Source: an uncultured virus (IMG/VR IMGVR_UViG_2713897279_000003) (taxonomy: Duplodnaviria; Heunggongvirae; Uroviricota; Caudoviricetes). From it: 20,000 nucleotides of DNA. The position numbers were made by a program, and so were the translations under genes. Of the stretch, positions 1 to 9,070 are shown in pieces. Under the pieces are notes generated by a model, which worked only from the letters and a program-made list of their open reading frames with translations, was not told the DNA's origin and ran no database searches. Positions within the stretch are counted from its first letter, which is position 1. Each line of letters starts with the position of its first letter. Where the stretch lies: the IMG/VR virus record IMGVR_UViG_2713897279_000003; one strand, written 5' to 3'.

Positions 1-2016
1 AATAGCACCAATTGTAGTGTTAGCAAATGCATCACATAGCCAAATAAGATCAACCGAATAGTTTTCTAATTTACTATATATTCCTTGTTCTACTAGATCA
101 TATTCATCTAAAGTAGCTGGAACCAACTCATATTTTCCGCCTAGAGAATCATATAATTCTTTCATAGCCATTAAATTAGTAGTATCATAAAAACCATCTC
201 CACCTAACCACTGGAAACGTCCTGCATCATTTTCGGCTTTATTATCATCTACATATAACGAATATTTCCCTTCATCTTCGTTATATTTTTCACCTAAGTT
301 AATTGGACGATAATCATAACGTCCATCAATTGGACTTACATTGTAATCCGTAACCATTAAACCCGTTATCGCTACATCACCAGTGTTCACAGGAACTTCC
401 AATCGAACAATGTTATTTTGTGGCAAGCTATTAATATAATTCGCAAACTCACGAATTGTGCGAATACCACGCATTTCTTTTGTTCTAAAGCGGATTTCAG
501 TATCATTTGATGTTAATTTTTTATCTGAAGGTTTGATAAAGCGCACTACACGATTGTCCATATCAAGTGTACCATTTTCATTTACTTCATATTCAACAGT
601 GTATTTAACACCATAAAGGCTTTCAAAATCACGAATATCCTGAATACCACCGTACACTTTACCACCGTGTTTACCTAAAATACTAATTTTTGCACCTTGG
701 GTAGCACCTTCACCTGTTTTATAATGTGCAAACAATTTAGCACCCACAGGAGCAACACCAGCTTTAATCATTACTTTTATTCTTTCTTTTCCATCTGGAT
801 AAATAACAGTAAAATGATCATTTGGCTTTAATGTGATACGTTTTCCGTTTAACTCGTAATATACTTCAAGAGAATCACTTACTGGTGTATGTTTTAATAC
901 TGACTCTTTTTCAGCGCCTGGTACTACATACTCATCAGATTTTTGTATCTCTAAGTCGTTGTAATAGAAGTAATCTGCCACTACTAATAAAGCCGCTGTT
1001 AGTGCTGGGTATATACCCTTAGCTACTTCTTGTTGATATGCTTCAGTAAAACGAATACCGCCTTGTTTATATTCTTCTGCTGTAATGATATCAGTAAGAT
1101 CGTTTTTCACCGCTGAATCGCCTTTACCAATACGCCATAAGCGTTCTCCAGATGTATTAACCATTGGAATAGCATTGACTCTACCTTCAGCATCTTTTGT
1201 ATAAACATTTACTTGATGAATAGGCTCATCTGACCAATTTCCTACTTCTGAAGAAAAGTAATTTGTCATTGTAGGATTTTGAGTTAATAATCCTAAAGTT
1301 GATGAATTAGTTTTACCATCCATGTTTCGTGTTACTTCTGAATAATTGCGTTTTTTAGCTTTGTAAATAACCTTAATAGTATTTTTAGGGCGAAACTTAT
1401 CTTTTGTAAAATAAATTGTTTCGGATCCAGGTGTAATATCTACATTTTGATAGCCAGTGGAGTCTGGAAATGTTTTAACTGGATCCACTGCTGTATCAGT
1501 TCCTTCAAACTCTTCAATTTTTTCAATTTTTACTAATCGTTGATCTTTTTCAATGTTTAATCGTTTCGTAAAAGCAATATTACCTGGAATTAAATTATTA
1601 CCCAACATATCAGCTAACGGCTCTGTAACTTCACTATTTTCATCCTTAGCAAGGATCTCTGACATTGCTGTTTTACCAGAGATACGAAGTAAACGGATAT
1701 CTTCGTTACCAGCACGTATTGCTTCCCACATTGCACGTATTAGTGTGCCCTGATGAGGAACACGAACTGTTTTTTCTACACCATTTTCAACTATAGTCTT
1801 TTTCTCTAGTAAACCACCAAACATTTTTTCAGCAGCTTTAGGGCCACCAATTTGATTAACTGATACTGGCTCTCCAACCGGACCGTCAATGGCAGTACCC
1901 ATAATTAAAATAGCCTGTGTTCTTGAGTCTTCTACCTGTTTACCAGTATAAAGATTGCCATCTTCATAGGATACTTTTACACCCGGTAAGTTTTCATACT
2001 GTTCAAAGTTTGACAT
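1..2016 (-). CDS. Large contractile tail sheath protein (3' end beyond the window, at least 672 aa)
   Basis: Not in the ORF track because it has no stop in the window. ATG at 2016 with RBS AAGGAGGAA at 2022-2030; hand translation is open to base 1. N-terminus MSNFEQYENLPGVKVSYEDG...AILIMGTAIDGPVGEPVSV...AEKMFG...LIRAMWEAIRAGNEDIRLLRISG matches the sheath N-terminal pattern (LPGV; G-x-A-x-x-GP-x-x-x-P). Near the edge, YSKLENYSVDLIWL resembles the start of the sheath core. It lies downstream of neck and terminator-like genes. Confidence 0.85.
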   Translation of the reverse strand, partial: MSNFEQYENLPGVKVSYEDGNLYTGKQVEDSRTQAILIMGTAIDGPVGEPVSVNQIGGPKAAEKMFGGLLEKKTIVENGVEKTVRVPHQGTLIRAMWEAIRAGNEDIRLLRISGKTAMSEILAKDENSEVTEPLADMLGNNLIPGNIAFTKRLNIEKDQRLVKIEKIEEFEGTDTAVDPVKTFPDSTGYQNVDITPGSETIYFTKDKFRPKNTIKVIYKAKKRNYSEVTRNMDGKTNSSTLGLLTQNPTMTNYFSSEVGNWSDEPIHQVNVYTKDAEGRVNAIPMVNTSGERLWRIGKGDSAVKNDLTDIITAEEYKQGGIRFTEAYQQEVAKGIYPALTAALLVVADYFYYNDLEIQKSDEYVVPGAEKESVLKHTPVSDSLEVYYELNGKRITLKPNDHFTVIYPDGKERIKVMIKAGVAPVGAKLFAHYKTGEGATQGAKISILGKHGGKVYGGIQDIRDFESLYGVKYTVEYEVNENGTLDMDNRVVRFIKPSDKKLTSNDTEIRFRTKEMRGIRTIREFANYINSLPQNNIVRLEVPVNTGDVAITGLMVTDYNVSPIDGRYDYRPINLGEKYNEDEGKYSLYVDDNKAENDAGRFQWLGGDGFYDTTNLMAMKELYDSLGGKYELVPATLDEYDLVEQGIYSKLENYSVDLIWLCDAFANTTIGAI

Positions 2017-2047
2017 TAGGGTTCCTCCTTTTAAATTAACCTCTTAA

Positions 2048-2734
2048 CTAAAGAGAATTATTAATCTTTGAAACAACTTGAACTTTTTGAATTTCATTAA
2101 GAAATTTAACTGTAATTTTTTCAAATCGCATTTTGTAATACATAGGTCTTTTAGCCAAGTTAATACCTTGATTTTGAATCACTTCATCAGTTCCTTGTGA
2201 ATCAAATAGAATTTCTTGAACTCCATTCCTTTTAAAGAAACCAGTATAAGTTTGAATAAATTCCTCTAGGTCCAAAACTATTTCGTCTGCTTCTTCTGCA
2301 CTTTTAGAAAAGATTACAAATTCAACTATTAAATCAAAAATCTGACCATAGAGTTCTACATATTCACCATCTCTATAAGGATGCCTAATTGTACCCCTAT
2401 GTCTTGGTTTGATATCCTTAAAATCTTTACTAACTTCCCTTTTCATGACTCGATAAGTTATACGAGGAAAATCAGCTTCCTCTTTCAGTGGAGAGTGACG
2501 TATAAACTCACCAGGTTGACCAGCATTGCTCCAAAGCTGCTGTAATTCATCCACAAAACTTAGAAAAGTAATAGGCTTATTTGAACGTAATCGATTATCA
2601 ATATATGGATCTTCTTCTGGAAGAATTTCATTATTTTTTCGAAGGCTACTCTCGTAACTTTCTAATTCCTCCTTTATGTAAGAAGGCATACTTTGTGCCT
2701 GTTGTATAGCTAAATATGGATCTATATTACTCAA
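2048..2734 (-). CDS. Putative tail terminator / tail completion protein (228 aa)
   Basis: TTG start with RBS AAGGAG. Contains FPRITYRV and FDLIVEFVIFSKSAEEADEIVLDLEEFI, a strand-strand-helix pattern typical of tail completion proteins. Sits immediately upstream of the sheath. Confidence 0.55.
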   Translation of the reverse strand: MSNIDPYLAIQQAQSMPSYIKEELESYESSLRKNNEILPEEDPYIDNRLRSNKPITFLSFVDELQQLWSNAGQPGEFIRHSPLKEEADFPRITYRVMKREVSKDFKDIKPRHRGTIRHPYRDGEYVELYGQIFDLIVEFVIFSKSAEEADEIVLDLEEFIQTYTGFFKRNGVQEILFDSQGTDEVIQNQGINLAKRPMYYKMRFEKITVKFLNEIQKVQVVSKINNSL

Positions 2735-2749
2735 GACACATTTCTCCTT

Positions 2750-3802
2750 TTATTTATAAATACGAACAATTGAATGACCTGTTATCTTATGAACAGAAAA
2801 TATCGGAACTACTTCAATATTTACTTCAATAATTCCATATAGTTCGCTTATTTTTATAGAATAATCATAATCTCTAATCTTCCTATCTAATATTCGCCTT
2901 AAACATAACGCCTCAATTATTTCTTCAATGTTAGAAGCTTGATATGTAATATTAGGTTTTCCAATAAATACTTCTAAACTTCTAGCTATTTCATTTATAA
3001 TTTCTTGTGCTATTCTAAAATTAGAGATATGTTTGTGGACACTGTCAGAAGTACTTACCGCACAACTAGAAGAAGAACACACAATACCCTTTTTAAAAGT
3101 ATTTTTAAAACAGACTATCCCTACTTCTCTTAATTTAAGAATTTGTTCTTTTGTAAATTCAGCCTCTAATTTCACGTTAGGTATAGTTTTATTTATTGGA
3201 CTTATTTCTGGATTGATTGCTGCTAATACTCCAGCATACACAGCGCTTGCTTTATTAAACTCCATTTGATTGATAACTAACGATAAGTATTTCCCATTTT
3301 CTTCCAAATCATCACCAGAAAGCTCTTTTGTTAGATTATTAATTTTATTGAAATGCTTTTCAATATCAGAAAATTTATTTTGAAGAGATAAAGACATAAT
3401 ACAATGAACCAAGTTTCCTTTATCTTCTTTTATTTTTGCAAATCTAATATAATTATCAATTAACTCGGAATGCTTATCAAACTGTACTTCATCAAGGTAA
3501 AGCAGGTCAAAATCGAAAGTCTCTAACACTGTAAATACTATATCAAACCTATTAGGCTCCATTCTCATAAGAAATACATTCAAATTCTCATCTATTGAAG
3601 TGGCATCTTCATAACATTGGACAATTGGACCAGAGTCAAATATATCTATAACCATTTCTTTCCCATAAACAAGTGTTGGTTCGTAATATTGACCTTTATT
3701 TGATTCGGCGACAATAATTAATCTTTTGCCTATCTCAACTTGTCTTTCTACGTATATTAATGGATGCTGTATAAAATCAACGCTTGGTGAGGGCCCATTC
3801 AT
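2750..3802 (-). CDS. Short tail-sheath paralog (core domains only, ~350 aa)
   Basis: Start moved from 3823 to ATG 3802 (RBS AAGGGGGA at 3808-3815). N-terminal IIVAESNKGQYYEPTLV...IFDSGPIV parallels the large sheath. C-terminus has sheath hallmarks: EQILKLREVGIVCF, HISNFRIAQEIINEI, FIGKPN, IEVNIEVVPIFSVHKI. Confidence 0.7.
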   Translation of the reverse strand: MNGPSPSVDFIQHPLIYVERQVEIGKRLIIVAESNKGQYYEPTLVYGKEMVIDIFDSGPIVQCYEDATSIDENLNVFLMRMEPNRFDIVFTVLETFDFDLLYLDEVQFDKHSELIDNYIRFAKIKEDKGNLVHCIMSLSLQNKFSDIEKHFNKINNLTKELSGDDLEENGKYLSLVINQMEFNKASAVYAGVLAAINPEISPINKTIPNVKLEAEFTKEQILKLREVGIVCFKNTFKKGIVCSSSSCAVSTSDSVHKHISNFRIAQEIINEIARSLEVFIGKPNITYQASNIEEIIEALCLRRILDRKIRDYDYSIKISELYGIIEVNIEVVPIFSVHKITGHSIVRIYK

Positions 3803-4265
3803 CACAATCCCCCTTAAAGTCATATCGACTATATACTTGATAAAATTCTGTTCTTCCTTTTACTCCAAATTTAGGTTCAACAGCACTAATTAATAACTTC
3901 TCTTTTATCTTGATTGGCATTTCTTTTTCATCCCAAACAACTTCTAATATTAGATCATTCTTTTCTGGTTTAGATCCATAGTCTAAATAATACGTATAAG
4001 CCTTAGGTGCATATGTACCATATGGTTGTAATTGATTTACTTCAACTAATGTTTCAGAATCATAAGCTTCTTTTCTTCTTGCTAACTTCTTTTCAATCAC
4101 CACTTCATATCCTGTTCCAAAACATCTAGAGCAATTTAATTTAGCTTCACCACTTCGTTCTATATAACATTTACACCGAAAATGGAGGTTTCTTCTTACA
4201 TAGATAATTGAATGACCATATTTAGCAAGAACTTGCGCAAACTCTTTACGAATATCAATCATCAA
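3777..4265 (-). CDS. Putative neck / head-closure protein with CxC...CxxC Zn motif (162 aa)
   Basis: RCKC-x11-CSRCFGTGY near the N-terminus, then a beta-rich region with PEKNDLILEV. This arrangement is seen in neck proteins of large Firmicutes myoviruses, and the position fits. Alternative start at ATG 4262. Confidence 0.55.
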   Translation of the reverse strand: MMIDIRKEFAQVLAKYGHSIIYVRRNLHFRCKCYIERSGEAKLNCSRCFGTGYEVVIEKKLARRKEAYDSETLVEVNQLQPYGTYAPKAYTYYLDYGSKPEKNDLILEVVWDEKEMPIKIKEKLLISAVEPKFGVKGRTEFYQVYSRYDFKGDCDEWALTKR

Positions 4266-4269
4266 ACCC

Positions 4270-5349
4270 TCACCCTTCTAGTAAGCTTGTTGCTGCACCA
4301 AATGAGCCTGAAACAGATTCGTTATGATTTTGTTTATTTTGCTCCATCATTACATCTAACCAAAATTTAATTTCTTTTTGATTAGACGCAATCATAATTT
4401 GCAGCTTTTTAAAAAGAGATTCTTCTTGAATACCATTTGGACTATCACTGGATTCATTGGCAGAGTTTAAATTATCTTGAATCATAAAATCCCCCAATTG
4501 GATAGTACCACTTAATCCACCTTCATCTTCTTGCTTATATGAATTATTTAAAACTCGAAACATTAAACCTTGAAGTAAGAGCCTTACAGCCTCACGTACC
4601 ACATATTTTGTTATTGCAAAATATGTATCATCCTGCTCTGTAGGGGGGCTATAACGACTATTGTTAGCATCTGGTATTTCCCCTATGTATTGTAAAGCCT
4701 TTTGCCCAGCATCCCTTAATGCACAATATACTTCATTTAGAGAAAAATATTTAAATAAACTTCCAATTATATTTTTCACTTCTAAAGGTGTTGCAAAAAT
4801 CGGCTCATATTTAGAGGTAAAAGTTAAAGTTTTTATTCCCCCTAAAGTTAATCCAGATTTTGATTTAATTTCATCACCTAGGACCACTTGATACGTATAA
4901 TTATATTTTACTTTTTCTTCAAATAAGATTTCTACTTTTTTTCCCTCAACAGAAATGCTAGTAGGTATTTGAAATTCTGAACTGAACATATAATTATCCC
5001 CATCTAACACAACTACATCCCTATTATTTTCAAAACTAGGCGCACATTCAGATATAACAGTAAATTGTTCTTTTCTCTTATATTCTTTGCCCTTAATAGT
5101 AGCTATATAGGTTAAAACATATTCACCACTCTCCAAAATTTCAGGAATGGTATACTCACCACTATACGAGAAGTGGTTATCCAATGCTTCAAGTTTAACA
5201 CTTTCTATGGCTTCTAATCCATATTGATCAAAACGCTCAATACTCACTGTTGGTGGAAAATCAACTGCAATATGTTTACTATCCTGCCCTAAAGTTAATA
5301 ATTCTAAAAAAACCTTTGTTTTTTTAGAAAATTCCCCTATATGATCCAT
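4270..5349 (-). CDS. Putative head-tail adaptor with N-terminal Ig-like segments (359 aa)
   Basis: Beta-rich N-terminal half, then PIFATPLEVK followed by a helical bundle and TIQLGDFMI, as in head-tail connector proteins. Directly precedes the head-closure-like gene. RBS AAGGTGA. Confidence 0.45.
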   Translation of the reverse strand: MDHIGEFSKKTKVFLELLTLGQDSKHIAVDFPPTVSIERFDQYGLEAIESVKLEALDNHFSYSGEYTIPEILESGEYVLTYIATIKGKEYKRKEQFTVISECAPSFENNRDVVVLDGDNYMFSSEFQIPTSISVEGKKVEILFEEKVKYNYTYQVVLGDEIKSKSGLTLGGIKTLTFTSKYEPIFATPLEVKNIIGSLFKYFSLNEVYCALRDAGQKALQYIGEIPDANNSRYSPPTEQDDTYFAITKYVVREAVRLLLQGLMFRVLNNSYKQEDEGGLSGTIQLGDFMIQDNLNSANESSDSPNGIQEESLFKKLQIMIASNQKEIKFWLDVMMEQNKQNHNESVSGSFGAATSLLEG

Positions 5350-5408
5350 ATCATCACCTTCTTTTAAACGTATCTTCTAACTCTATAAGCTGATAATATA
5401 TTTTTCTA

Positions 5409-6347
5409 CTAAGTTCTTTCCACCAAAATGTAACACGAGGCAGTATTAACAGTATTAGTGTCTAATTCTTCAGAAAATTTAATTGTAACTTTCTGAAAGG
5501 AATCTAGTGGATTATTGACAGACTTATTTTTAGGAAATACTTCTGTCACACTCAGTTTAGGTGAAAATTTGTTATCTGAATCCCATAAAGCTTCTTGTAA
5601 ATTTTTTAATTGCTCCTGATTAACAGCTCTCGTAAAAGTTTGTAATATTACATCTTCTTTATCATCCATACCCCTAAATTCTTCTTTCTTTGAGGTTTGT
5701 ATATTTGAGTCTATTTCTCCATCAAAATAAAAGCTAATTGGTTTTGACCAAGAACTACATATCCCTTTACAATCTACACTTCTTGCTCTTACATAATATT
5801 GTGCCTGCTTATATGAGATATCTAATTTAACACTTGTTTCATCTTCTAATAAATAAACTTTTTCACTATTTTGCGGCCACACTAAATTATTGAATGTATT
5901 GCTCATAGAGATTTGCAATTCATAATAAAGAGCTTCTTCTATCTTTGTTAGGTGATATTCGGGTTTTTTCGTAATGATAGAAAGATCTTTGGGTTTCAGA
6001 ATAATAGGCGGTTTAACAGAAACCATGTTTTTTGTATAAAATTCTAATTCATATGTTTCAGCCATAATTCTACCAGTTATATCCTTAATTCCATTTTCTC
6101 CTCCAATGAGTTGTAGTTGATAATGACTATCAGGATTTAATATATTTAAGGATTTAACCTTTAAAACTTTGCGATTATATGTAAATGTAACTGGTTCTAC
6201 CTTGTTTTCCTTTAAATTTATCAATATAATATTTTCTTGCCGAAGGCTATTCACATTAATATCCAACATAAATATTATCTCTATTTCTTGATCTAAGTGA
6301 ACTTCATCTTGCATATGATGTGGAAGTGTTTTATAAATCATACTCAT
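5409..6347 (-). CDS. Ig-like domain protein (SbsA/Big_5-type domain, FN3-like domain and partial second Big_5; 312 aa)
   Basis: TLP...EVHLDQEIEIIF...YQLQLIGGENGIKDITG...LEFYT is a Big_5 pattern. YELQIS...YYVRARSVD...SSWS is an FN3 pattern. C-terminal VTEVFPKNKSVN...VTIKFSEELDTNTV is the first half of another Big_5. Confidence 0.7.
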   Translation of the reverse strand: MSMIYKTLPHHMQDEVHLDQEIEIIFMLDINVNSLRQENIILINLKENKVEPVTFTYNRKVLKVKSLNILNPDSHYQLQLIGGENGIKDITGRIMAETYELEFYTKNMVSVKPPIILKPKDLSIITKKPEYHLTKIEEALYYELQISMSNTFNNLVWPQNSEKVYLLEDETSVKLDISYKQAQYYVRARSVDCKGICSSWSKPISFYFDGEIDSNIQTSKKEEFRGMDDKEDVILQTFTRAVNQEQLKNLQEALWDSDNKFSPKLSVTEVFPKNKSVNNPLDSFQKVTIKFSEELDTNTVNTASCYILVERT

Positions 6348-6350
6348 ACT

Positions 6351-6686
6351 TTATAACTCACTTGTATACTTATAATCAACAGCAATAACACATGTAGGCT
6401 GTGGCACTTGTTTAGAAGAAAATAATATTTCTCCGGTAAAATAATTAATGTAATAATCACCATCTAGAGTACCTTCGTTTGAAGCTCTTTTCATTCTCAT
6501 TCCATTTTTATATATCTTTTCACTATTTCTTAAAGGCACGTGCACAAAGCGGAAATTTCGATTCACACCATCCTGTGCTCCTATTAATTGTTCTTGATCG
6601 GCTAGTTTAGAACCAGAAAAGTCGGGCATTACTCCGACCTTTTTTCTGAACTTAGGATAATCAGGGTGTTGTCTAACAAAAGCCAT
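6351..6686 (-). CDS. Small virion structural protein, single DUF2460-like beta module (111 aa)
   Basis: GAQDGVNRNFRF...KIYKNG...DYYINYFTGEILF...VIAVDYKY; RBS AGGGGGAG. The same module recurs in the 605 and 708 aa proteins. Confidence 0.55.
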   Translation of the reverse strand: MAFVRQHPDYPKFRKKVGVMPDFSGSKLADQEQLIGAQDGVNRNFRFVHVPLRNSEKIYKNGMRMKRASNEGTLDGDYYINYFTGEILFSSKQVPQPTCVIAVDYKYTSEL

Positions 6687-6700
6687 TTATTACTCCCCCT

Positions 6701-7228
6701 TTATCTCCACATCAAAGCAAAATCATACACATTTGGGCGTACGGTACCAGTATAAGTACATTCTACTTTGACTTGAATATATTTTCTTGGTGTTTCTAAT
6801 AAAGTAGGCTGATCTACTCTTATTTCTTGCCAATCTGCTGATTTAGATGATCTAAAATAGAATTTAACGTAAGCCCCTTTATTAGGGTAATCTTCAAAAT
6901 TAGAGACAAGATTGATCTCCTCTGTTGGAAGTGGAAGCTCTAATAATGAACTTTCCCACGCTCCTGAATTGATAGAAAAACTTAATGTATTTAATGCAGC
7001 TGTACTATTTTCATCTCGATCAGTATTATTTATAAAAGGTTCACAAAAATACATGTCATAAGGAGACACGAGGAGATACATATCATATCTCTCTCGTGTT
7101 GTTTTTAACTTAATTGCTTCTGCAATATTCTTTTGCATCATATTTAAGTGAAAATCATGTAATACTTGACCATCCAAAAAGGCGATTCGCTTCATATAGT
7201 CAGTTGCATAAGAAGGTACTGTTGCCAT
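6701..7228 (-). CDS. Putative virion structural protein (175 aa)
   Basis: RBS AGGGGGA. N-terminal KRIAFLDGQVLHDFHLNMMQ resembles the R-x-x-F-x-x-G-x-x-L-x4-LN-x-x-Q anchor motif of phage fibre/baseplate proteins; the C-terminus is beta-sandwich-like. Confidence 0.5.
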   Translation of the reverse strand: MATVPSYATDYMKRIAFLDGQVLHDFHLNMMQKNIAEAIKLKTTRERYDMYLLVSPYDMYFCEPFINNTDRDENSTAALNTLSFSINSGAWESSLLELPLPTEEINLVSNFEDYPNKGAYVKFYFRSSKSADWQEIRVDQPTLLETPRKYIQVKVECTYTGTVRPNVYDFALMWR

Positions 7229-7243
7229 TTTACATCCCCCTTA

Positions 7244-9061
7244 TTAGAATGTTACAGACCAAGTAATACGCATTCCTGTATTTTTATCTTTTGTTACTGG
7301 GCCGATACCAGAGATATTGAACATTTTCCCGTCAATTTTCTCATCGAACATAGCAACTTGGTATACATCATGAGTTGTTTTTTCATAGCTATGATTAATC
7401 GTTACAATGTCACCTGTACTAATGCTATTTGGAGTAATTGTTTTTCCGTCTAAGGAAATTGTATATTCATTAGATTCCAATGTTTTTGTAGTGCCGGAAT
7501 GATTGACGATTACCTCTGGAACTATGAAAGCACCATTTTCTTCTTTTGCAATTGCAGCATCTAAGATAATAGATGTTTGTCCCGCACCAACTGTAACTAC
7601 TTTTTTCGTTTTTTCAATTGATGGGGCTGGTGTACCTTTCGGGAAATCCGCAATAAACTTAACAGTTGTGCCTGAATTCACCATATATTCGACTTGAATT
7701 TGACCTGGTGTATGTACTTTTGGACCACCTGTTGGTTCAGAACTGAATGTAATATGCCCAGTATTCGGATTTGAAACCCAAACATCACCTTGGCTAGGAC
7801 GTAATCCATCTTGAACGATATTATATTCACGGACATTTGTACTATCAATTGCATCAATATGACGAACAGCTACAAGTTTTACCACTGGTGCTTGTCCTAA
7901 TTGATAAATTAAATGACGATTATCTAATTTTAAACGATACTCTACTTGAACCGTGTGACCAATAGTTATGTCACTATCAGCAAATCGAATAGATACTCCA
8001 GAAGTTTCATTTGTAACCACTGATACATTCGCTTTAATATCTGTGTTTGCTGTTACATTTCGCACAGAAATAATTTCTAGCAATTTACGCCCTGTTAAGC
8101 CTGAACCACTATCATGTAAGTTCTGAAGGTTATAAACTACTTTTTTAGTAGATCCATCACCATTATCAGTAATCGCAATTGTATTTGTTTTTGATACATT
8201 AGCAATTGGTTGAGTTGGGATAGCTGGCTCAATTTCAGTAGCGCCGTTAGAAATGGTTGCAGGGTAATAAACTGGCATACGGGATCCAGATAATTCATTT
8301 CGCATAAATGTATCTAATCTATTTGAGTTACCATATTCAACAGGTTGATAGTTAGGATGATTTGCAGTCGGTTTACCACCTAAAGCCATGAATCCTAAGC
8401 AATAACGCATATTATAGTCATAATCTACTTTGACATTCGTTACAGGTGTCTGGAATAGAATTTCACCTGTTAAGTAATCCACTTGATACTTACGAGCTTC
8501 ATGATTCGCCACGCTTGCTCGCTGCCATTCAACACCAGCAACAGTAACTTTTTCTGTACCTGATATAACTTTCATATATGGATTTTTAATTTTTCGGAAC
8601 TTGAATATTACCTTTTCAGTAGGTGCGGTTGCAAATTTAACTTTACCAAGCACTTCATCAGTAACAAATACATGCTCATCAATAACAAGCTCTGTCTCCC
8701 CTACCTTAACAGAACTTAGAGAAACTAAACCTTTTAATGAGTCTAATTGAAATTCTGTTTGTGCATTTGTTGAACCCCAATCCATATCAACCTGTACAAT
8801 CTCTTCATGTTGTACAGAAAGTGCGAATGGATATAAGGCTCTACTGTTTGCAGAAACAGCAGAAGCCCCCTTATCCGATTGTTTTACACGCAGCTGTTTT
8901 GCAGGATCAGCCATCATGTTTGCTACAACTTCGTTTGCAGATTGAACAACAAGGTTTTTCTTTTCTTTTTTATAAAAAACACCTTTGTCATTATAAAGTT
9001 CAAGTTTTACATGTCCTTTTGCTTTTAAAATCGCTTTGTCTTGTGTCATGTTTTCATCCAC
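7244..9061 (-). CDS. Fibre/baseplate-like structural protein, paralog B (605 aa)
   Basis: Long Thr/Val/Gly-rich ORF. Shares N- and C-terminal motifs with 9071..11197 and has repeated Y-x-V-D-x-x-x-G-x-I-x-F modules. GTG start at 9061 or ATG at 9049. Confidence 0.6.
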   Translation of the reverse strand: MDENMTQDKAILKAKGHVKLELYNDKGVFYKKEKKNLVVQSANEVVANMMADPAKQLRVKQSDKGASAVSANSRALYPFALSVQHEEIVQVDMDWGSTNAQTEFQLDSLKGLVSLSSVKVGETELVIDEHVFVTDEVLGKVKFATAPTEKVIFKFRKIKNPYMKVISGTEKVTVAGVEWQRASVANHEARKYQVDYLTGEILFQTPVTNVKVDYDYNMRYCLGFMALGGKPTANHPNYQPVEYGNSNRLDTFMRNELSGSRMPVYYPATISNGATEIEPAIPTQPIANVSKTNTIAITDNGDGSTKKVVYNLQNLHDSGSGLTGRKLLEIISVRNVTANTDIKANVSVVTNETSGVSIRFADSDITIGHTVQVEYRLKLDNRHLIYQLGQAPVVKLVAVRHIDAIDSTNVREYNIVQDGLRPSQGDVWVSNPNTGHITFSSEPTGGPKVHTPGQIQVEYMVNSGTTVKFIADFPKGTPAPSIEKTKKVVTVGAGQTSIILDAAIAKEENGAFIVPEVIVNHSGTTKTLESNEYTISLDGKTITPNSISTGDIVTINHSYEKTTHDVYQVAMFDEKIDGKMFNISGIGPVTKDKNTGMRITWSVTF

Positions 9062-9070
9062 ACCTCTCTA

